In this document: one piece after another, positions 1 to 8,915 of the stretch
Numbering within the stretch: position 1 is the stretch's first letter
How the letters are laid out: each line of letters starts with the position of its first letter
Assembly: GCA_942492955.1 (NCBI GenBank)
Contig: OW818644.1
Coordinates: forward strand, 962,327 to 1,026,326
Reading direction: 5' to 3'
DNA length: 64,000 nucleotides
DNA from: an uncultured Methanomassiliicoccales archaeon
Lineage (GTDB): Archaea > Thermoplasmatota > Thermoplasmata > Methanomassiliicoccales > UBA472
The notes under the pieces: generated by a model
Told to the model about the DNA's origin: nothing
Seen by the model: the letters and a program-made list of their open reading frames with translations, nothing else
Databases searched by the model: none
Translations under genes and position numbers: made by a program

Positions 1-863
1 ACCCCTGTATTGCTTAGGAAAAGCAGCATGAGATTGAGCGTGACCGCTCCCAGGCAGTACGTCAGGCTGAATCGGAGCATCTTCCAGCGGGTCAACCTGG
101 CAGTGGAGCTGTCGATCACTGCGATCATGAACACGACCGCCAGCAGGACCACGGCCTTGACCGCCACATCCACCAACGGATCGGTCATGCCAAAGAAGAG
201 CAGCATGATCCCGAACATGACCGCCAGTTCGTACCAGTGTGCCAGCTTGGTTATGCCCAGTGTCCTGCCGGAGAATTCCACATATGGTCCGGAGATGATC
301 TCTGAATGTGCGGTCGCTATGTCATATGGTGATTTTTCCAGCCGGATGAGCAGCATCGGGACCATGGCCACAACGGCGAGCGGCAGAGAAAGGAACAGTG
401 TGTGGCTCATGTTCGAACCCAGGAATGATCCGCTGGCATATCCTAACGTCAGTACGACCAACATGACCACCGGTTCGGTTGCCATTATCTGGATGAGCTC
501 GCGGTGGGCGCCCAGATGGGAGTATGGTGAGCGAACCGAGAGTGCGGCCAACACCATAAGGAAAGAACCGACCCCGGAGAGCAGGAACGCGGTCAGGATA
601 TCGCTTCCCATGATCAGCACGAGAGCTGCCACGGATTGAAGTGCCAGTGCCATAGAGGCAAAGGCAACCTGGGACCGATTGACCTGACTCCCTTCTTTGC
701 CGAGGAGCTTTACGAGGTCGCGCAGGGATTGGAGCACGTGTGGTCCCCTGCGCCCCTGCAGACGAGCTGTCATTACACGATCGACCCCCAGCAATATGCC
801 GATGAGCACCGGGACCGATGCCCAGAGGGCGACCGGCAACACCTGATCCACCAGAGAGCTCAT
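1..863 (-). CDS. echB: Group-4 membrane-bound [NiFe]-hydrogenase integral membrane subunit, NuoH/HycD/EchB-like (3' end runs off the window)
   Basis: Absent from the ORF track because there is no stop in the window. My own minus-strand translation from ATG 863 gives MSSLVDQVLPVALWASVPVLIGILLGVDRVMTARLQGRRGPHVLQSLRDLVKLL..., polytopic, with the NuoH/HycD-type RxxARxQxRxGP motif. ATGA start/stop overlap with echA. AGGAGGTGA Shine-Dalgarno sequence 4 nt upstream. Confidence 0.8.
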   Translation of the reverse strand, partial: MSSLVDQVLPVALWASVPVLIGILLGVDRVMTARLQGRRGPHVLQSLRDLVKLLGKEGSQVNRSQVAFASMALALQSVAALVLIMGSDILTAFLLSGVGSFLMVLAALSVRSPYSHLGAHRELIQIMATEPVVMLVVLTLGYASGSFLGSNMSHTLFLSLPLAVVAMVPMLLIRLEKSPYDIATAHSEIISGPYVEFSGRTLGITKLAHWYELAVMFGIMLLFFGMTDPLVDVAVKAVVLLAVVFMIAVIDSSTARLTRWKMLRFSLTYCLGAVTLNLMLLFLSNTG

Positions 864-2731
864 GCCGTCACCTCCTGGAGGACCGGAGTCAACACCAGGA
901 TGAACAGCAGGACCGACATCCCGATGTTGGCCAATCCGATAACCTTGGTAATCCTCGTTTCCGACCAGTAGTAGAACGTTCCAGTTTCTACCTCACAATT
1001 CTCCCCGCAGGTGTACACATTGGCCTCCGGCGGCGTCTTCCTGGGGAGGAACGTTACCAATGCCATAACTGCCGCAAGTGCGATGAGAGCGAAGATCGGG
1101 AACAATCCCAGGGATGTGACGAGACTCCAGCTCCCCATCTGCATGGCTGGATCGAACACCTTTGTCACATAGGGGTTTATCAGTCCATCCAGGATCGGAC
1201 CGATCGCGACAGTGGCGAAAATGCCGATCAAGGCGGTCGCCGCGAGTGCTAGAACATAGGTACGCGGCGTCTCGTCCCGATGGAAGGATCCCCTTCCCGT
1301 GCCTCCGGTGAAGACCCTGCCCAGCCACTTGGCGTAATACACAAGCGTGGCGCCGAATCCTAGAACGAGGAAAATAGCCATGAAGGGCAACGAGGTAACG
1401 GATTCGCTGAGCAACCACTTGGAGGCGAACATTCCGAACGGAGGCAGGACCATCATGAAAACGCCCAGCATGATGGAGGCAGCGACCAATGGCATGGTGT
1501 CCCTGAGCCCTTCCATATCATCAATGTCCTCCGACCCCGACCGCTCCCTGACCACGCCCACCGACATGAACAGCAACGCTTTGGAGATGGCGTGGAAGAG
1601 CAGGAGCAGCATGGCAGCGGTCAATGAAAGCGATGAATCGAAGCCGACACACGCCACGATAAGACCTAGGTTGCCGATCGTGGAGTACGCCAGAACGCGT
1701 TTGGCATTGCTCTGAGTGATGGCCAGAACAGCAGTGATCAGGAACGATAACACCCCCACCAGTCCGATCATGCCCATCAGGGGTCCGGTGCCATGAAGGC
1801 TCGGACTGAGCCTGAGGAGCAGGTACAGCCCCAGGTTGACCATGGTCGCCGAATGCAGTAAAGCGGAGACCGGCGTGGGCGCCACCATCGCTCCCAGGAG
1901 CCACTTCTGGAATGGGATCTGTGCGGACTTGGTGAACGCGGCTATAGCCATCAAGGCCAACGGCAGAAGGGCGAGCCCTCCGATCGTAGTCCCGATCGGG
2001 ATCTGGTCGATGAAGATCGTGCCGAAGTAGTGGATCGTCAGCATGATCCCCAAGATCAGGGCCACCCCACCGCCCAGGGTGTATTTGGCAGCCGTTATTG
2101 CGGACCTCCTTGCCTGTTCCGTACCAGTATGGCCTATCAGCAGATAGGAGCACAGAGTGGTGATCTCCCAGAAGAAGAACAGCCACAGGAGGCTGTTGGA
2201 AAACACCGCACCGTTCATGGCTCCCAGGAACAAAAGCATCACGGCAAAGAACCGCCCATGGTCCTTGTAATGGGCCATGTACCTGACGGCATAGAGGCAA
2301 ATGATGGAACCAATGACCGATGTTATGAAGGCCATCATCAGACTGAGTTGATCTACATAGATCGCCAATCCGTGTTCTCCAACGCCGTTCAGCTCGATTG
2401 CCGCCATGACCACCATCTGGATCACGGCAAAGATGCCGGCAAGGACACTCCTGACCCTCCAGGCAAGATAGATAAAAGAGAGTATCAGGACGATGTCCAG
2501 CACCGTGATGATCGTGCTGAACGATGTAAGGTCACTTGCCTGGCGGGCGATCGGACCGCCGGACAGTATCTGAGATGACAGCAGCAGGACGGAAACGATC
2601 AGCATCGCAGCGGTGATGCCTACGACCTTACCGATAGCGGAGAGCTTCCGCAATATGAGGCATACCGACCCTGCTACGATCGGGGCTAGGACCATCAACA
2701 ATATGACAAGGCCGATCGACATCTCATCCAT
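860..2731 (-). CDS. echA: Group-4 [NiFe]-hydrogenase large membrane subunit, NuoL/HycC/EchA-like proton-conducting antiporter-type protein
   Basis: 623-aa polytopic ORF with antiporter-like motifs (WLLGAMVAPTPVSALLHSATMVNLGLYLLLRL). Followed by a NuoH-like gene in echA-echB / hycC-hycD order. Confidence 0.85.
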   Translation of the reverse strand: MDEMSIGLVILLMVLAPIVAGSVCLILRKLSAIGKVVGITAAMLIVSVLLLSSQILSGGPIARQASDLTSFSTIITVLDIVLILSFIYLAWRVRSVLAGIFAVIQMVVMAAIELNGVGEHGLAIYVDQLSLMMAFITSVIGSIICLYAVRYMAHYKDHGRFFAVMLLFLGAMNGAVFSNSLLWLFFFWEITTLCSYLLIGHTGTEQARRSAITAAKYTLGGGVALILGIMLTIHYFGTIFIDQIPIGTTIGGLALLPLALMAIAAFTKSAQIPFQKWLLGAMVAPTPVSALLHSATMVNLGLYLLLRLSPSLHGTGPLMGMIGLVGVLSFLITAVLAITQSNAKRVLAYSTIGNLGLIVACVGFDSSLSLTAAMLLLLFHAISKALLFMSVGVVRERSGSEDIDDMEGLRDTMPLVAASIMLGVFMMVLPPFGMFASKWLLSESVTSLPFMAIFLVLGFGATLVYYAKWLGRVFTGGTGRGSFHRDETPRTYVLALAATALIGIFATVAIGPILDGLINPYVTKVFDPAMQMGSWSLVTSLGLFPIFALIALAAVMALVTFLPRKTPPEANVYTCGENCEVETGTFYYWSETRITKVIGLANIGMSVLLFILVLTPVLQEVTA

Positions 2732-2995
2732 GGTATCTCACCCGACCTGGCTCCCCCAGCATTGCGTCTAGGAACGTTGTCTCCAGAACGGTCGTCAGCT
2801 TTCCCGTTCCCATCGGTTGAGGATGGTGCGGGCAATCCTTACTGTTATCACCGGACAATTCAACTCCCTCATTGGGACCATTAATATTGCCGGTTATGAA
2901 TTCGTGTAAGGTGCTTGTGTTAAAAATTGCCTAAATTCTTGAAAGGGATTGCCGTTTTATCGCATTGGACGAGAAAAAAGGGAAGGTCCTGCCCA

Positions 2996-3952
2996 TCAAT
3001 TCGGCCAATGGATGAGCGACGGGTCAGTACCACGTTGTGCTCTCTCATGCAATAACTTCGAACGCCACGTTTCGAACAACCAGGTGCTTCTTATTATTCT
3101 GGAAAATATGAGCTCGACCTCGCTGTCCTTGGATATCTCCTCGACCAGCTCGACGTGCTCGTCCATGGTTGGGGACCAACAGCTGAGAACTATCATGTCC
3201 GGCAGGTTGCTTGATTCCAATGAGACAAGTATCCGGGGGCCGAACCTATCATTCAAGCGTGCGATGTGGTGTCTCCGATTCACCCCTGACCCCAGTTCCA
3301 AATGTATCAAGGAATAGATACCCGAGGTCTTCTCGGGTTTCCAGTTCGTACCCATTTCTATAGAGCCCTGTTCCACCATGGCGTCCAGGTGGCGCTTCAC
3401 GGTCTTCACTGAAAGGTTGAGCGTTTCAGCCACCTCGATCAACGGTCTCCTTGCGTCGTCATGGAGCGCCTCGATGATCTGATAATCGATCACAGACAAT
3501 GCCGCCGTTCCCGAATATTTCTTGTGTATGGGGATATTCGCAGACGTTACCATGGACGGTATCACGACGGTCAGGTCCTTTATCTCCAGGCAGTCCCTGA
3601 TGTGCTCCACGGTAGGGCCCAGGTCGTCCAGGCTCCGGAGCAACAACGTGATGACCAGCACGTTCGAACCGAATTGGTACACCTTCTCTGTATATTCACA
3701 TTTGACCAGTTCGTCCATCCGTTTTCCTATAGACCGGCTTTCACTGACCCCCATGACCTTTATTGGAATGGCCTTGAGATATCCAGTAGATATGTTCGCG
3801 GTGAACTTGGAGAAGATGCCCTGAGCTATCAGATTCTGAAAGCGGCGGTGGACGGAGGGCACCGATATATCCAATTCCTGAGCCATTTCACGGTGAGTAA
3901 GACGATTGTTGATCAATAATAATTGAAAGATTCGGAGATCCTTATCGTCCAT
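2996..3952 (-). CDS. Tandem (duplicated) Lrp/AsnC-family transcriptional regulator
   Basis: Two HTH_AsnC-like modules (DLRIFQLLLINNRLTHREMAQELDISVPSVHRRFQNL and IDYQIIEALHDDARRPLIEVAETLNLSVKTVKRHLDAM), each followed by a RAM-like region. Divergent from cobT. Confidence 0.8.
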   Translation of the reverse strand: MDDKDLRIFQLLLINNRLTHREMAQELDISVPSVHRRFQNLIAQGIFSKFTANISTGYLKAIPIKVMGVSESRSIGKRMDELVKCEYTEKVYQFGSNVLVITLLLRSLDDLGPTVEHIRDCLEIKDLTVVIPSMVTSANIPIHKKYSGTAALSVIDYQIIEALHDDARRPLIEVAETLNLSVKTVKRHLDAMVEQGSIEMGTNWKPEKTSGIYSLIHLELGSGVNRRHHIARLNDRFGPRILVSLESSNLPDMIVLSCWSPTMDEHVELVEEISKDSEVELIFSRIIRSTWLFETWRSKLLHERAQRGTDPSLIHWPN

Positions 3953-4180
3953 CCTCGCTGCATATTATTAATGAGACAAAATGTTTTCTACACAATGTTG
4001 CACCGGAATGACTTTCAGCGAACTGCGGTCCGATATCAAGTCTGGCTCGTTATCGCAATTGAATATGGTGAACGATCGGAGCGCTCAAAACGATGATACG
4101 ATGAATCTATCCGTCATCCTCAATATCCCGCGCTCGAGGCCTTCTCTTCCTCCGAGGAATTGGGGTTCAGAATTACCGCA

Positions 4181-4252
4181 TATCTTGGTAAAATAACCAT
4201 TAAATAGTCCCAATCCGTTACGTTGGATGTATCATCCAACTCTTAATCGGAG
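4181..4252 (+). promoter_or_regulatory. cobT promoter module: TATCTTGGTAA box, TATA (ATTAAATA, 4199-4206), 19-bp palindrome GTTGGATGTATCATCCAAC (4222-4240), TAATCGGAG (4244-4252)
   Basis: Read directly from the sequence. The same elements recur at 13005-13066 in front of the btuF operon. The palindrome has 8-bp perfect arms and a 3-bp spacer, and lies where a TSS is expected about 25 nt downstream of the TATA. Confidence 0.6.
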
Positions 4253-4262
4253 ATGCTAATAA

Positions 4263-5375
4263 ATGAGCTTCACAGTCCCTGAGGACATCCTGATCTGCAA
4301 TGAGGAATCGAAGGCCAAAGCATTCGTCGAGAAGGTTTGGGGGAAGAAGCCCACCTTTATCTGCGTCATTGGCAACACGGAAACGGCGAAGATCCCTGGC
4401 ATATCGGCCGCAGGTGCAGTCCCGGCCATAACTGATTTTACTCCAGCAGCCGACGTCGAACTTTTGTACTATGGACAGTGCAAGTGCATCGACGGTGTGC
4501 CGGTCACTCCGAATGGCATACCAACGCCGGCCCTGGTCACGATGAGCGCCATAGGACTGACCGGAATGCCCTTCTATGCCGCGAATGGCGGCGTAAGGGT
4601 CAGACCGCACGCCCCATATTTCGAGCTGGAAGGATATCCGGGCGAGGACATCAAGACTGGAGCGGCTGTAAGGGACCCGAAGCGGGTCTTCGAGAACGCG
4701 GTCATCGCCGGCGAAAACCTGGCCAAGGTCTCGGACTACCTGGTCGTGGGAGAGAGCATCGCCGGTGGCACGACCACCGCGTTGGCCGTCCTGCTGGCGA
4801 TGGGATATAACGCCAATGGGAAGGTCAGTTCGACCTTGCCGGAGAACCCTCACTCGCTCAAGACCAATATCGCCATGGAAGGCATATCCAGATCAAGATC
4901 TACACCAGAGCAGATGAAGAACGACGCCATGCTGGCCATTGCCGCCGTCGGCGACCCGATGATGCCGGCCGCGGCCGGTCTGATAGTCGGCGCATCGCGC
5001 ACCGTACCGGTGATATTGGCGGGCGGCACCCAGATGGCGGCCGTCCTGGCGGTGGTCAAGTCGATGGAACCCAAGGCACTTGAAAACGTTGCATTGGGAA
5101 CGACCAGGTGGATCATCAATGATAAATCAGCCGACTTGGTCGGCATCGTAAAGCAGATCGGCAAAGTACCAGTTTTGGCGGCGAACATCGACTTCTCCCC
5201 GACCAAGCATGAGGGACTGACGTTCTACGAGAAAGGTCTCGTGAAAGAAGGGGTTGGCGCCGGTGGCGTTTCCATCGCGGCGTTCTGTCAGAGCAGCGGG
5301 GCGATCACCTGCAAGAGCCTTTTCGCCGAGATCGAGAAGAACTACGTGAAGATAATGGCGCTCGCCAAACACTAG
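4263..5375 (+). CDS. cobT: Archaeal-type nicotinate-nucleotide--dimethylbenzimidazole phosphoribosyltransferase (UPF0284/TIGR00303 family)
   Basis: 370 aa. Motifs IGNTETAKIPGISAAG and VVGESIAGGTTTA are typical of the archaeal CobT family. Convergent with the cob operon, with 7 nt between the stops. Confidence 0.8.
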   Translation: MSFTVPEDILICNEESKAKAFVEKVWGKKPTFICVIGNTETAKIPGISAAGAVPAITDFTPAADVELLYYGQCKCIDGVPVTPNGIPTPALVTMSAIGLTGMPFYAANGGVRVRPHAPYFELEGYPGEDIKTGAAVRDPKRVFENAVIAGENLAKVSDYLVVGESIAGGTTTALAVLLAMGYNANGKVSSTLPENPHSLKTNIAMEGISRSRSTPEQMKNDAMLAIAAVGDPMMPAAAGLIVGASRTVPVILAGGTQMAAVLAVVKSMEPKALENVALGTTRWIINDKSADLVGIVKQIGKVPVLAANIDFSPTKHEGLTFYEKGLVKEGVGAGGVSIAAFCQSSGAITCKSLFAEIEKNYVKIMALAKH

Positions 5376-5382
5376 ACCAAAA

Positions 5383-5985
5383 TTACTTGGATCTCTCCTC
5401 CAAGATCCTTTCCGCCAGGCGGAGGTCGTGGACGGTGTTGACGTTCACGGCGAACTCCACCTTTTCGGTAACGAAATATCCGCCTGGCAAGAAGTTACCG
5501 GTCAACATCTCCTTGCGGTCCACGACGCTCACGCCGCAGAATGTCAGCTTCTTGCCTTCAATCTCCTCGACGTAAGTGACCAGCAGCCCCAATGACTCGA
5601 TCACCTTCGGAGGCAGTCCCACCGTGAGCGATGGCTGACCCCTTTCATCGTATGCGTCGATGAGCGCGTCGACCACTTCCGACGTTATCAGGGGCATGTC
5701 CGAGGGGCAGACCAGGACCGCGGCCTCATCGATCATGCGCATCGAGCCGTTCAGGTCGGCTACGTAACCATTTCCGGGGGTGTCGATGATGACGACGTGC
5801 TTGCTTGAAAGGTACTCTCTGGTCTTTGGGGCAAGAGGACTGACCGAGACGTAGATCCGGTCCAGCCCTTCTGATCTTCCTAGCTCGTCCAGTATCCGAT
5901 CGATCATCGGGACGCCGGCAATCGGCACCAGCGGTTTCTCGACGCCAAGCTCGCTGATGCGGCTGCCCCTTCCGCCAGCAGTCAC
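5383..5985 (-). CDS. cobY: Adenosylcobinamide-phosphate guanylyltransferase (archaeal NTP-transferase type)
   Basis: N-terminal LVTAGGRGSR nucleotidyltransferase G-loop. I place the start at GTG 5985, which overlaps the cobS stop (GTGA). The longer track ORF to 6087 overlaps cobS in another frame. Confidence 0.75.
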   Translation of the reverse strand: MTAGGRGSRISELGVEKPLVPIAGVPMIDRILDELGRSEGLDRIYVSVSPLAPKTREYLSSKHVVIIDTPGNGYVADLNGSMRMIDEAAVLVCPSDMPLITSEVVDALIDAYDERGQPSLTVGLPPKVIESLGLLVTYVEEIEGKKLTFCGVSVVDRKEMLTGNFLPGGYFVTEKVEFAVNVNTVHDLRLAERILEERSK

Positions 5986-6746
5986 CAGTGCAGCGTGGCC
6001 AGGCACCAGACCACCGCCGACACGGTCAGCAGGACGAACGGCCGGGAGAACTCGTTGGTCGCGCCCAGGACATCCCCGTTGACGCATCCGAACCCTTTCA
6101 TCGCTATCCTCGCGGCGATCGCACCGACGAGGCAGCTAATTGTCAGCGGCGCCACGATCATGAGGATCAGCCAGTATAACGAAAGGTCATAGTACCAGTA
6201 GAAACCGAACCCGACCGGGATGATGAACGCCAGCGAGATCAGCGCGGATATTGCCGCGGTCTTCCCGGAAGTGTTCTTGACGAAGATGCCGCCCAGTCCT
6301 TCCCGTGACGATCCCGCCGATGCCGCGAACACCATGGCGTTCTTGTTCAGCAGCTCGGCCACGAACGGACCGAAGAACACCAGCTGAGGCGACAGCTCGC
6401 CCAGTGCCACGATGCTCAGCGCGGTGAACATGATCGAATACCCGATGCCGCCGGCGCCGGTGTGCGAGTCCTTGACCGCTCTCATCTTCTTCTCCTGGTC
6501 GCCGCTGCATATCATCCCGTCCCCGAAATCGCTCAGTCCGTCGAAGTGCAGGAACCGGTTCAGCGCGTGAACGACGAGCAAAGCCAGCACACCAGCCGCC
6601 AGCGCTGAGAAGACGTGGGACAGGGCCCACATCAGCGATCCGGCGATCAGTCCATAGAACGCCCCGACCAGCACGATCAGGTAGAACTGCTTGGACAGCC
6701 CGACCACTTCCTCGCCCTCGACGTCCAGTGGTATCATCGTGAACAT
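5982..6746 (-). CDS. cobS: Adenosylcobinamide-GDP ribazoletransferase (cobalamin synthase)
   Basis: 254-aa membrane protein with the CobS signature FLHFDGLSDFGDG. Confidence 0.9.
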   Translation of the reverse strand: MFTMIPLDVEGEEVVGLSKQFYLIVLVGAFYGLIAGSLMWALSHVFSALAAGVLALLVVHALNRFLHFDGLSDFGDGMICSGDQEKKMRAVKDSHTGAGGIGYSIMFTALSIVALGELSPQLVFFGPFVAELLNKNAMVFAASAGSSREGLGGIFVKNTSGKTAAISALISLAFIIPVGFGFYWYYDLSLYWLILMIVAPLTISCLVGAIAARIAMKGFGCVNGDVLGATNEFSRPFVLLTVSAVVWCLATLHW

Positions 6747-6769
6747 CGAGAATGCCGCTTTTACCGCTC

Positions 6770-7903
6770 CTATTGTAGTCGTCCTTCCCCCTCCAGTAGA
6801 TCAGAGTATATCCTGGACATGACCGCCCCGATCAGCGCCCCGACGATGTCGTCGAGGAACGGGCCCAGCTCGGCCAGGATACCGGGCTTCTTGCGGTCGT
6901 ACCGCACGTATTCGAACAGGCCTTTGGTCCCGGTGATATATTCGGCCAGCGCGATCCCCATCAGCTCGTCGGCCAGCAAATGGACCGGATCGGATTCGAA
7001 CACCCCGTTGTCCAGACCGTACAGTTCCTGGGCTTTACCAGCATCCTCCAGGAGCAATGCCCCCTTGACCATGGCGTTGACGTTGATGTCCTGCCGCAGC
7101 AGGTCCATCCGTTCCATGAACTTGCCTTTGAGGAAACCTTCCGGCCAGGCCGGGTTCGGGAACACCAGCTTGTTGGCGGCGGACCACATCTCCTCCAGTG
7201 TGATCCCCCGGTCGTCGAGCAGCTTGATGAAGTCGACCGGGCCGGGCCTGGCATACCACTTGAGGGTCGATGCCGCGACGGCCTTGCGCACCGCGCGGGC
7301 CATGCATATGCCCACGTCCGTGGCGGTGCCGGCGTACTTCTCTCCGTCGCCCTCGGGGCAGCAGACGGCGATGGCGTCGCTGGTCGTCCCGGTCCCGCGG
7401 GTCTTGGTGTCCATGAGGGCGGCCGTCTTCGCCTCGGTGATGGTGATCAGCGAGTTGGCCAAGCCGGTCTCGTGCAGTGGCCTGTCCAAAGCTACGATGA
7501 TATTGATCGTCCCCGGTCCGTTCAGACCGCGGATGAGCGCGTCGGTCATGGGTTCGCCGGCGTAGACTGCGTTCTTGACGCCCGACGTGGCGACCACGGT
7601 GGCATTGACCCCGTGATACTCCTCGCTGACGACGGTCAGGACCCTTTTCAGGTCCACGGCGGTCATGAAACCGACCGATTCCCGGCACAGCCCCAGTGTC
7701 CCGCAGATTTCCACGATCTCCGCCTCGGGGTCCATGCCGTTGTAGTGGATCGGCACCTGGACGGACAGGATGGTGTCCGACACGGAGAAACCGCCGTTGA
7801 GCACGGTCGTGCTCAGAACCTTCATCTTCTGCGGCAGCCGGACCACCAGCACCGTGTTCTCCCCGACCTCGTTGATCTCCGTAGTCACATCGACCTTGCC
7901 CAT
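6770..7903 (-). CDS. cbiZ: Fusion of adenosylcobinamide amidohydrolase (CbiZ) with a C-terminal PgpA-like alpha-ribazole-phosphate phosphatase (CobZ-like) domain
   Basis: The N-terminal ~220 aa is CbiZ-like (VLNGGF, GTINIIV, TEAKTAAL, GTGTTSDAI). The C-terminal ~150 aa is PgpA-like (GILAELGPFLDDIVGALIGAV). A comparable fusion is described for Methanosarcina mazei (recalled from the literature). Confidence 0.7.
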   Translation of the reverse strand: MGKVDVTTEINEVGENTVLVVRLPQKMKVLSTTVLNGGFSVSDTILSVQVPIHYNGMDPEAEIVEICGTLGLCRESVGFMTAVDLKRVLTVVSEEYHGVNATVVATSGVKNAVYAGEPMTDALIRGLNGPGTINIIVALDRPLHETGLANSLITITEAKTAALMDTKTRGTGTTSDAIAVCCPEGDGEKYAGTATDVGICMARAVRKAVAASTLKWYARPGPVDFIKLLDDRGITLEEMWSAANKLVFPNPAWPEGFLKGKFMERMDLLRQDINVNAMVKGALLLEDAGKAQELYGLDNGVFESDPVHLLADELMGIALAEYITGTKGLFEYVRYDRKKPGILAELGPFLDDIVGALIGAVMSRIYSDLLEGEGRLQ

Positions 7904-7907
7904 ATGC

Positions 7908-8915
7908 TCACAACCACCCGAACAGCACTGAGAATAGGTTTTCGATATATATCTGGACGTTGAGCCCGATGAACAGATACAACGGCAGGACGACCAGCGC
8001 GATGAAGAGCAGCGCCGAGACCTTCATCACCTTCACGGTATTGCCGATGACCTTCGGGTCAGTCGGCAGCGGTCCGTCGCCCATCACGTACCACCCGACC
8101 TTCTCGAAACGAATGCCGAGCCCGCCGGTGAATGCCGACATCGACCAGCCCTTGTTCGGCGATAACGTGGCCTTGTGATACTTCCGTGCGTCCCTCCATG
8201 CACCCCTCCAGTCCATTCCCAGGATCATCAGCGCCAGCAGGATGAACGGCAGCGATATCCGCGCGCAGACGTAGTTGGTGCAGTCGTCCAGCTTCGCGCT
8301 GAACCAGCCGACGTGCGTGTACGGCGGATCGATGTATCCGACCATCGCGTCCAGCGTGTTCGATACGCGGTAGAAGACGATGAACGGCATCCCGCCCAGC
8401 CCGAGGAAGAAGAGCGGCGAGAATATGCTGTCAACGGTGTTCTCCGCCGCGGACTCGGCCGCGCAGGAGATGATGTGCTCCCGGTCCAGCTTGTTCACGT
8501 CACGGGACACGATCATCGATGCGGCTTTCCTGGCCGCATCCATGTCCCCGCGCTCCAGCGCCTTCTGGATCGGGAGGGTGTGCTTGCCCATGGCGTTGAT
8601 CGCGAACATGGTCTTGAGCAGTACAGCGCAGCCAATGGCCCATACCAGCGCCCCGAACAGGTCCCGCAGCAGGAAGAGCAGCAGGGTGAACACGAACGGG
8701 AACAGTAGCAGCGGCACCAGCGCCAATAGCACGCCGTGAGCCCGTTCGCCGCTTTTTCTTCCAGTCCTCTTGGTGTGCCGGTCCATGAAACCGATGACCT
8801 TCCCCATCCACACGACCGGATGGGCGGCGTTGGGCGGTTCCCCGAGCAGCAGGTCGATGACCACGGCTGCAACGACTATCAGGAGGCCGTAGAGGTACAG
8901 GTCAGTCAACATCAT
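7908..8915 (-). CDS. cbiB: Adenosylcobinamide-phosphate synthase
   Basis: 335-aa membrane protein with an N-terminal EPPNAAHPVVWMGK motif typical of CbiB/CobD. 4-nt overlap with the upstream gene. Confidence 0.9.
   Translation of the reverse strand: MMLTDLYLYGLLIVVAAVVIDLLLGEPPNAAHPVVWMGKVIGFMDRHTKRTGRKSGERAHGVLLALVPLLLFPFVFTLLLFLLRDLFGALVWAIGCAVLLKTMFAINAMGKHTLPIQKALERGDMDAARKAASMIVSRDVNKLDREHIISCAAESAAENTVDSIFSPLFFLGLGGMPFIVFYRVSNTLDAMVGYIDPPYTHVGWFSAKLDDCTNYVCARISLPFILLALMILGMDWRGAWRDARKYHKATLSPNKGWSMSAFTGGLGIRFEKVGWYVMGDGPLPTDPKVIGNTVKVMKVSALLFIALVVLPLYLFIGLNVQIYIENLFSVLFGWL

Noticed and set aside
10-1252. Plus-strand ORFs 10-639, 636-971 and 818-1252.
   Set aside because: They lie antisense to the echB/echA membrane-subunit genes, whose translations carry clear family motifs. 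The plus-strand products are Ser/Arg/Thr-rich with no recognisable domains, which is typical of GC-rich shadow ORFs.
4227-4259. Mini-ORF MYHPTLNRRC starting inside the cobT palindrome, and the recurring peptide WMIHPT in shadow ORFs at both B12 promoters.
   Set aside because: The shared peptide is just a translation of the shared palindrome. The ORFs are 10 codons or antisense and have no independent coding support.
5986-6087. The N-terminal 34 aa of the track's cobY ORF. Similar N-terminal extensions affect cbiO (40686-40934), dphB (15937-16080), the MEDS gene (14444-14710), DUF72 (30943-31035) and fur (42796-42873).
   Set aside because: The extensions overlap the upstream gene out of frame or run into intergenic sequence, and they have non-protein-like composition. 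Family-typical N-termini begin at the internal starts I chose.
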